64,000 nt of DNA from Eledone cirrhosa (Eukaryota). A program made the translations under genes and the position numbers. The notes under the pieces were generated by a model. It saw only the letters and a program-made list of their open reading frames with translations. It was not told the origin of the DNA and did no database searches. Location of the stretch: contig OZ024740.1 in assembly GCA_964016885.1 (NCBI GenBank), positions 53,010,001-53,074,000 on the forward strand, given 5' to 3'. Of this stretch, positions 55,056-64,000 are shown in pieces (position 1 is the first letter of the stretch; every line of letters starts with the position of its first letter).

Positions 55056-55153
55056 GCTTATGACCAACATTAATTACATCGGCGTTAAGACAATTATCAA
55101 GAAAATAAAAATACTAATATAAAAAATGATGATGTTGATGATGATGATGAGGG

Positions 55154-55185
<32 letters not shown>

Positions 55186-55763
55186 GTGATGGCCATCATC
55201 ATCATCACTATCGCCATATTCATCATTGTTATTAGCAAGACATTAAAAATCTGGCATCAGATATCAAAAGTAGCGAAAAGAATTGATTTATAAAAAAGAA
55301 GGGATGGGTGGGTGGGCAATGGTTATTAGAAAGAAAAAAAAAGCTAGAGAAAAAAAAGAAAGAACAGAAACAACTTATTGTTTCATATTTACATTGTATC
55401 CTAGAGGACAAGACAAGTGGTTGGGTGAATAAAAAAAATTCTCTTTGCAATTATGGATAGTTTTCTTTATTAACAGCTATTGTGGGCTTAAGCAACGTGC
55501 TGTTGTGTATGTGTCCACAGATATTTCGTACGTTATCCAGTTTAATATTCGAATATATGATTCTAGTGTCACACGTTTGCTCCGCAATAATGATAATAAC
55601 ACACACCCAAGGCACACAGACCTGTGCTCGGAAATGCAGTGACAGTAGGCAATGAAAATAAGATTAATGATATTATTATTATTATTATCATGTCGGCCCT
55701 TGTGGCCAATAAATGAAATCATTATTATTAATAATAACAATAATAGAAGTATTTCTTCTTCTT

Positions 55764-55794
<31 letters not shown>

Positions 55795-56226
55795 TTCTTA
55801 TTCTTCTCCGCCTTCTCTTTCTTCTTCTTCTTCTTCTTCTTCTTCTTCTTCTTCTTCTTCTTCTTCTTCTTCTTCTTCTTCTTCTGCTGCTGCTGCTGCT
55901 GTCTATTTGCAGTAGAAACTACTGTAGTGTGATTGCCATGGGTTGAAGTCAATATAATGAGGCACAAGGAGATCAGCAAATGGAGAGAGAAATATGCATG
56001 TAGCATCAAATTTCATAATTATTGCAAGCGAAAAACTTCTTAGCTGTTAGGTATTTGTGAATGTGAGTTTGTCTATATATGTGTATGTTTGCAGTTATGT
56101 CTTCCTCTGTGTGTATGTATGTGGGTGGTGTATGTATGTGTGTGAGGGAGTGTATGTGAGTGTGTATGTGAGTGTGTATGTGGGTCTCCAATGTAGGTAT
56201 TACTCATGAGTACTACGCACCACTTT

Positions 56227-56279
<53 letters not shown>

Positions 56280-56320
56280 ATATATCTATATATATATATA
56301 CACACACACATATATATATG

Positions 56321-56414
<94 letters not shown>

Positions 56415-56479
56415 TATATATATAAAATATACATATATAATGTATGAATATATATATATGTTATATGAATATATTAAAA

Positions 56480-56582
<103 letters not shown>

Positions 56583-56632
56583 CATATACACACACTATAT
56601 GTATATATATATATATACATATATATATACAC

Positions 56633-56675
<43 letters not shown>

Positions 56676-56690
56676 CATATACACACACTC

Positions 56691-56731
<41 letters not shown>

Positions 56732-56756
56732 CATATATATATATATAAATATATAT

Positions 56757-56789
<33 letters not shown>

Positions 56790-56799
56790 ATGAAAAGCC

Positions 56800-56848
<49 letters not shown>

Positions 56849-57202
56849 GACACAGACACACAAATGTATATACGTGTGTCTGTGTATACAAATCTTCATG
56901 TATGTATTTCTGTATTGATAAGAACAAACTTATGTATGAATATATGTATATTTTGCCTATCAGCTATCGGGAAAATTTTGGAAAATGAAGGTTGTTAAAA
57001 TATGCATTATTAAATGTTTTCTTCCATTCCATTGAGCCATCTACCGAAAAATTTGTCCATTCAACCTACCAGATCACCTCTATGCAATATAAGACGACGT
57101 AATGTATTCTTGGACTGTAGGGGGTGGGTGAAAGAAATGCAAACGATATTATTCCTATATGATAAATATTGATTGTGATATGTCTACACCCACACGTACT
57201 CG

Positions 57203-57264
<62 letters not shown>

Positions 57265-57296
57265 TTTATACATATATACTTATATCTATATGTATC

Positions 57297-57378
<82 letters not shown>

Positions 57379-57438
57379 TTTATACATATATACTTATATC
57401 TATATGTATCTATATGTATATATATATATATATATCTA

Positions 57439-57586
<148 letters not shown>

Positions 57587-57819
57587 TATATATACACACA
57601 TATATATATACATACACCTATTCATATATGTACATGTACACATGGATGTGTACATACATGTGCCTGTGTATAAAAATATCAGCGTATTATATATATAAGA
57701 GTGAATCTGCATCCATACCTCAGTCTGTGTGTATATACACCTATAGATAAGATTGTAAAAGTATACGCATTAACACATACACTCACACACATACATACAC
57801 ACGCGCGCACACACACACA

Positions 57820-57880
<61 letters not shown>

Positions 57881-57908
57881 ACACACACACATACATTTAT
57901 GTGTGTGC

Positions 57909-57950
<42 letters not shown>

Positions 57951-58157
57951 GCATTTGTAGGTAGAGATGTGATTTTTTTGTACATATTTTCAAGAATTTG
58001 TGTCCCTGCAATTTTATATTCATAGACAAATGGATATTGATAAATATTGCATCAAATGACATTTGTAAAGTTTAATGTATTGAACTGGCATATATCGTTT
58101 CATGATAGAATTTTAAATATACTCATGTATGTATGTAGGTATGTATGTATGTATGTA

Positions 58158-58752
58158 TGGTGCTACTGGTAACATGTATCCCAGTACAACCTGTCTCATG
58201 GTCGGGTCGTTGGCGACTAAACTGGCAACCCCACCAACGTTTCTTGGTGAGGATGATGACTTTGGACATCCTGCAGGACTAAAAACAAAACCTGTCAAAG
58301 GGCAAAGGAGCTCGTAAGAGTCAATGGCCATCCAAAATCACCGGGAGAGATGACCCCTTAGCCTTTGTCAAGGCAGAATTCTAGGAGAAGGAAAACTCTG
58401 ATATAACACCTGCAACCCTGATGGTATCCAATGATGTTGACTTGTTCTTCTTTTTTGTAAATATCATCTTGGTTAAGAGAGTGGGACTGGCTTTGTGCAG
58501 TGCCTTTGCTCACTATAAAAACTTCACGGCACAGGCCTTGCTTTATATCTGGAGATCTCTCTGCACTTGTCGTCACATGGTACCATGGGCCCTGCACTAT
58601 GTGTCAATAATTGTCACAAGTGTAGTGATTGTACCAGAGTTTTCAAGTCGCTGGCTGGACTAAAATGTCACACTCGTTCAGCGCATCGGTAGGGGTTCTC
58701 CTACATGGATATAAAGTAGTGGCCGTACTTGAAAACGAGTTGGCAGCCACCA
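58158..58752 (+). mobile_element. Bipartite RTE-derived element (second full copy)
   Basis: Close match to 33251-33843; embedded in (ATGT)n. Confidence 0.8.
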
Positions 58753-58774
58753 TGTATGTATGTATGTATGTATG

Positions 58775-59250
58775 TTCTTCTGGTTTTATAATTTCACAAA
58801 GTTTTACCAATAGAGAGAGTCGGTTTCTAACATAGACACAAGACTCTCTCATTTGAATTTACACAACATCAACTAGGTAGATATGTATGTATGCATGCAT
58901 GTGTAGATATGGATGTTATTGTATGTGTGGATGTGGATGTTTTGAGTTGTATGTGTGCATGTGTATATGCTTTGTATCTGTACAGTTATTAGATGCAAAA
59001 TGTTTGGACTGTTTTACATATTTTTACTGTTCCATTAATGGATTGTACTTGTAGTTTCCTAACTAGTTGTGTTCTTTCTGTTCCTGTGAAGCCTAGCTTC
59101 CCAAGATTTGTATTGAGGCAGTTACTAACATATCCCAGTGCCCCAATAATCACAGGCATAAATCTGAAGGTGTAATAAGGGGGGAGTATCTGCAGATTTC
59201 TCATCAGTTCTGCATAAATATTCTCCTTTTCACTAATCTTTGATATTATA
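58775..59250 (-). mobile_element. 3' fragment of an RLE-type LINE in a (CATA)n array
   Basis: KENIYAELMRNLQ..FMPVIIGALGYV..GTVKICK. Confidence 0.75.
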
Positions 59251-60763
59251 CAATAATAATGTATGTATGTATGTATGTATGTATGTATGTATGCATGCAT
59301 GCATGCATGCATGCATGTAATGTATGTATATATGTATGCATATATATATGTATATATTTGTGTGTCTGTGTGGATGTTGTATGTACAAACTATTTTAATA
59401 CTTTAAAATGTTTATTCTAAATTTTCTTTGTTTTTATCTAATGTTAACTGAATTTTCTAATTTTCCCACTGATATTTTAAGAAAGATCATCAATTAACTA
59501 AACTATAGCTAGTGTGATGTGATGTCCTTAAGGCAGACGATTTTCTCAACTTTCGATTTGAACAGAAGAGTTCTTGCATGAAGCAACAGAAATATAAATG
59601 AACTTCTGGCGTTTTGTCTTGTCAGCATAGTTCCATCATGATTCAGAAAACGTAAGAAAAGAAATATTAGAGTTGAAGAGGCATTCGTGTCTGTCATTTT
59701 TCCTTTCAGCCATCATCGATGGAAAAAAATATAAATTAATAAGTAAATAAAACGTTCATGATTCTACAATTGTTGTAAACTGCTTTAGTGTTTCTACCCC
59801 CTCCTTTCCTATAACGACTTAGTGCTTGTTGTTCACAACATCTCTTCCTGTCCCCCTTTTTCATCCACGTTTGATGGCCTCAGTATCTTTACTAGCCTCA
59901 AACACTTCATGATGTTTCAATGGTACTGTTCTATAATTACTTCACGTAGAATCCCATGCTTGCTCCTTAGAAACCCTAAACATCCATGCCGTCTTGTTTC
60001 TCTAAATTGGATCAGTTCCCCAAGGACTTTACTACCGAAGATCATTGCAGCTTACACCAAAATTTTTGATGAGAACACTATTGCCTTCGGTAAACAACAG
60101 AGAAATAAAGAAACAGTATAATGCAACCGAAACACAGCCTTTCATTCGTAGTTACATATGCCCCAAATCCTCTCATAAAAAAGATATGCACGTATGCATT
60201 ATACAATTATGTGAATACATACACGCGTATTTAGGCGCATACATACAGTTTAATGAAAAATGCACGCACTAGTAAGGGATAATGGTACAGAGGTCTATAT
60301 GCTGATCTAAGAAATATACAAAAATGTACAAAATATACAACACACAAAAAAAGAAGAAAAAAAACACATCAGTAACAACAACCTAAAACCCCCCCCAAAA
60401 CAACTCGAAACAGCAATGACAAGAAAAACAAGAAAAAAATGAAATACAAGAATTGAATAATTTTATTTTTATTTTTTATGCTGGACATTTAGAAAACTGA
60501 ACTGTGCTAAAGTTCTTTTCCGAGGGCACGAAAGTTCGAATAAGAAGTAAAGCTTCTTAATAAAGGAAACTAGAAGTTTGTTTATTGAGATTAATATATT
60601 GACATGCGGGTAACATATTAGGTTATATGTGAATGTCTGTAGGTTTGTTTGTATGCGCGTATATCTAAATATGTCACATTCTCACTCACTGTTTCTCTTT
60701 CTCACTTCTGCTCTCTCTCTATATATACACACACACACACACAAACACACGCATATATATATA

Positions 60764-60794
<31 letters not shown>

Positions 60795-61123
60795 CAAAGG
60801 CAGATAGATAAATAGATAGATAGTGATAAGGAGAGAGAGATACATACAAAGGTAGATATTATGAAAATGGGTTCACATTGGAGTCAATTACAATTAAGCG
60901 AATAATATACGCAATATTATTAGAAGCCACACATGCATACTCAGCTTTGAATAAATGCCACACACACACACACATATATATACACACATACATGCATACC
61001 TAATAACATATATACAACTTATAATGTAGCAGTTCTCGATAGTTTGTAAAAATATAAACACAACTACAGAGAGTTTTTGCTTTGAAATGAAATTTTTGGG
61101 ATAATTTTGCACGTGAGACTATA

Positions 61124-61158
<35 letters not shown>

Positions 61159-61280
61159 CATACATACATATATATATACATATAAATATATATATACATA
61201 CATACATACATATATCTATATATATATATATATATATAATAAATAACAAAGAACGCTTATAGCATATGCATATCTTTACT

Positions 61281-61326
61281 TGCTAACATTGTTTCATCCG
61301 CACTATAAGTGGGACTCATCAGAGCA
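61281..61326 (-). ncRNA. Type I hammerhead ribozyme
   Basis: Minus: TGCT CTGATGA GTCC CACT TAT AGTG C GGAT GAAA C AAT G TT AGCA. Confidence 0.82.
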
Positions 61327-62097
61327 TAAAGGTTAATTACATACCATACAAGCAATAACAAATCCAAGACATTGAAGAATGAAAGGTAATAATAGACGAT
61401 AAAGGATAAGAATAAAAATAAAAGTAAAAATAAAAATAAAAATAAAAATAAGGGGTGCTATCAGTCACAGTTGGGCGGGGTGCTGTCAACATATAGTTAC
61501 ATACAAACATACACATGGATAAGAGAACAGACAAGAGTAGACACATGGATAAGAGAACAGACAAGAGTAGATAAGATAATGGGATTAGGTAAGAGTAGGT
61601 AAAAAATAGGTAAAAAATAGGTGAAAAACAGACTTATAATATATATAAAAAGAAATACAAAGAAATACATAACAAACTTACATATAAAATATAGGGTAAG
61701 GAATGAGATAAAATAATATAAAATTAAAAATTAAAAATTATATACATAGAACATAATATAATATAATCGTAAAATAAGATAAAATAAGGTAAACTAAAAT
61801 CAAATAACATAGACTAAATTAAAATAATATAATATAAGATATAATTAAATGTATAATTAAATGTAATTAATTAAATATATATATATATATACATATACAT
61901 ACATAAATATATATATATATGAAATATGAAATATATGAAATATAAGAATCAAAGAACTGTTCAAAACATTATTGTGCTTACAGCTGTTTCCTCCAAACCG
62001 AGTAATGCATTACTGCCTACCACTATTTAGGGTGTGTGTAAAATACTTATAACTACATAAGGTTTTGTATTTACATAACCATAAATAGTATAACTAA

Positions 62098-62182
<85 letters not shown>

Positions 62183-62191
62183 CATATATAT

Positions 62192-62485
62192 ATAGGAACC
62201 AGTAAGACCCCGACAGCTGAGCTCAAGCCGTTTCGACGGCTAATTCTGGACTAAATGAAAATTTATCCTGGTATTTAAATAGCCGATCTTCTCAAGGGGT
62301 AATTCCATATATGGTCAAAGTGATTGTCAAAAATTACTACTGATTTTTGACAATCACTTTGACCATATATGGAATTACCCCTTGAGAAGATCGGCTATTT
62401 AAATACCAGGATAAATTTTCATTTAGTCCAGAATTAGCCGTCGAAACGGCTTGAGCTCAGCTGTCGGGGTCTTACTGGTTCCTAT
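62192..62485. repeat. Perfect inverted repeat, 143-bp arms with an 8-nt spacer
   Basis: 62192-62334 is the exact reverse complement of 62343-62485 on manual comparison. Confidence 0.93.
62377..62470 (+). ncRNA. Type I hammerhead with U3-A8 core (mirror copy 62207-62300, -)
   Basis: ACCCC TTGAGAA GA-T-CGGCTA..TAGCCG-TC GAAA CGGCT TGAGCTC AGCTG TC GGGGT. Confidence 0.72.
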
Positions 62486-62566
62486 TACCCACTCTACTAC
62501 CTCAAGTATTGAGTACTTTGGTGCGTTATGGTCCACCTGGTTCCTTACCACATTTCCTTCGTTACA

Positions 62567-62620
<54 letters not shown>

Positions 62621-62621
62621 C

Positions 62622-62703
<82 letters not shown>

Positions 62704-62835
62704 GTGAGGTTTTTTTTACAAAATGAAAAATAACCGAGGTGTCCTACACGAGTGAAAGTATAAAGAAAAAAAGATGAAATCGAAAATGCAACTGGAGTCT
62801 TATTTAAAAAAAATATATATATATTTATTTGGTTC

Positions 62836-62871
62836 CTTTACAGGTTTCGCAGTTCTTCTGCTTTTCAAAAG
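62836..62871 (-). ncRNA. Minimal hammerhead with U3-A8 core
   Basis: Minus: CTT TTGAAAA GCAG AAGAA CTGC GAAA C CT G TA AAG. Confidence 0.62.
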
Positions 62872-62898
62872 TAGAGTTGAGATGGAGGGTCTGTGGTT

Positions 62899-62955
<57 letters not shown>

Positions 62956-62964
62956 ATATAGAAA

Positions 62965-63015
62965 AGCTTCTACAGGACTAATAGTGTTTCATTCGTGAGA
63001 AATCATCAGGAAGCT
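62965..63015 (-). ncRNA. Type I hammerhead ribozyme
   Basis: Minus: AGCTTC CTGATGA T TTC TCAC GAA T GAAA CA CTATTAGTCC TG TA GAAGCT. Confidence 0.8.
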
Positions 63016-63226
63016 GACTGTCCAAGTAAATATGGTGGTATTTATATCCTTTCTGGTGGTAAGAGAGGGTGGGGATTGGGATAGTTGGAGGTCATTGGTT
63101 GATGGGTTTAAAGAAAAGGGAGTTCTTTAAAAGGTAATTCTTTAAAAGCTATAATTTATATTTAGAGTGAAAAAGGTAGAAAGAACTAGTTCAGATTGTG
63201 GTTACCCCCGATTGAACCCAGGATAA

Positions 63227-63315
<89 letters not shown>

Positions 63316-63527
63316 ATATATATATATGCATGTATAAGTATATATACATATCTATCATCCTGTCTGTCTATGTCCATATGCTTGTGCATGTGTACATATG
63401 TATGTGTATGTGGTTTTGTTTGTGTATGTATGTACATTTACACACGCACACGCACACACACATACACACGCACAAGCACACATACAAACACAGATATATG
63501 TATATGTATGTACATACATACATAATG

Positions 63528-64000
63528 ATTTAACGTGGCGAACGAAGCCCTGTACAGAATAGACGAACCCGGTCGCAGTGGTTGACAGGAAAATTCTCTT
63601 CTAGGTTCAGTACCAGCGTCACAATTCTCCAGTATTTATTTTCAACAACACCTCTGCGTAGTCTTGAAGGAAGAGCCAGATTAATAAATAGCGTGTCTCT
63701 AGGTATCGTAATCAGAGGGTATGTTAGACTAGCGACGATGGTTAATGATATACAACAAGAACCTTCTTCGTTAATCCTTCTACCTTTCCTTCAGTGCTCC
63801 TGTGTAACGATGATTGGTGGATGGTTCTCCAATCTTGAGCAGGTGATAATTAACCACCCTGGAAGCCTACTCTGCCATGCGTATCTGCATATTTTACCGC
63901 GTAGCCACAATGATGGTGATCTCTGCCTGTTCAAGGACTTCAATGTTATGTTGCTAACTCCAATGGATATTATAGGCAGTGTGAAGGCAGCTGTGGTGGA
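63528..64000 (-). mobile_element. Decayed RTE-clade LINE 3' end (runs off the window)
   Basis: Minus-strand translation FHHSCLH..NIHWS..NIEVLEQAEIT.. with stops, typical of the post-RT region of RTE elements. Confidence 0.75.

Noticed and set aside
59840-60060. Possible very old RTE-like fragment on the - strand
   Set aside because: Resemblance is too faint to support without an HMM search.
61970-62000. GAAACAGCTGTAAGC half-hammerhead on the - strand
   Set aside because: The 5' core half is absent; at most a truncated stub.

Overview
AT-rich eukaryotic (animal) genomic DNA dominated by (TA)n/(CA)n/(GA)n/(ATGT)n/(TAA)n microsatellites and transposable elements. The repeat landscape suggests an octopod cephalopod, but that is inference only. 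No multi-exon host gene can be established; there is one weak candidate signal-peptide exon on the - strand near 39.8 kb. Identified elements: a near-full-length decayed R4/Dong-type RLE LINE in a TAA array (2.2-6.1 kb) plus 3' fragments; a near-intact Tx1-clade LINE (45.4-51.2 kb, -); three Penelope-like elements (two Naiad-type) and many short Penelope-type stubs; an IR/DR Tc1; an internally deleted mariner; two copies of a non-autonomous Helitron; RTE fragments and a non-autonomous bipartite RTE family; and several tRNA-derived SINE families. The most interesting signal is RNA structure. By eye there are about ten well-formed type I hammerhead ribozyme motifs from several unrelated families, plus decayed ones. 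They include non-canonical cores (CAGAAGA; U3-A8 compensatory UUGANAA) and a perfect 143-bp-arm hairpin carrying a ribozyme on each strand. Also notable are a candidate P4-less HDV-like fold at the Dong 5' end, a structured 5' head on the RTE derivative, and a circularly permuted Tx1 arrangement. All folds were read manually and none was computed. Most ORFs in the supplied track are microsatellite artefacts.
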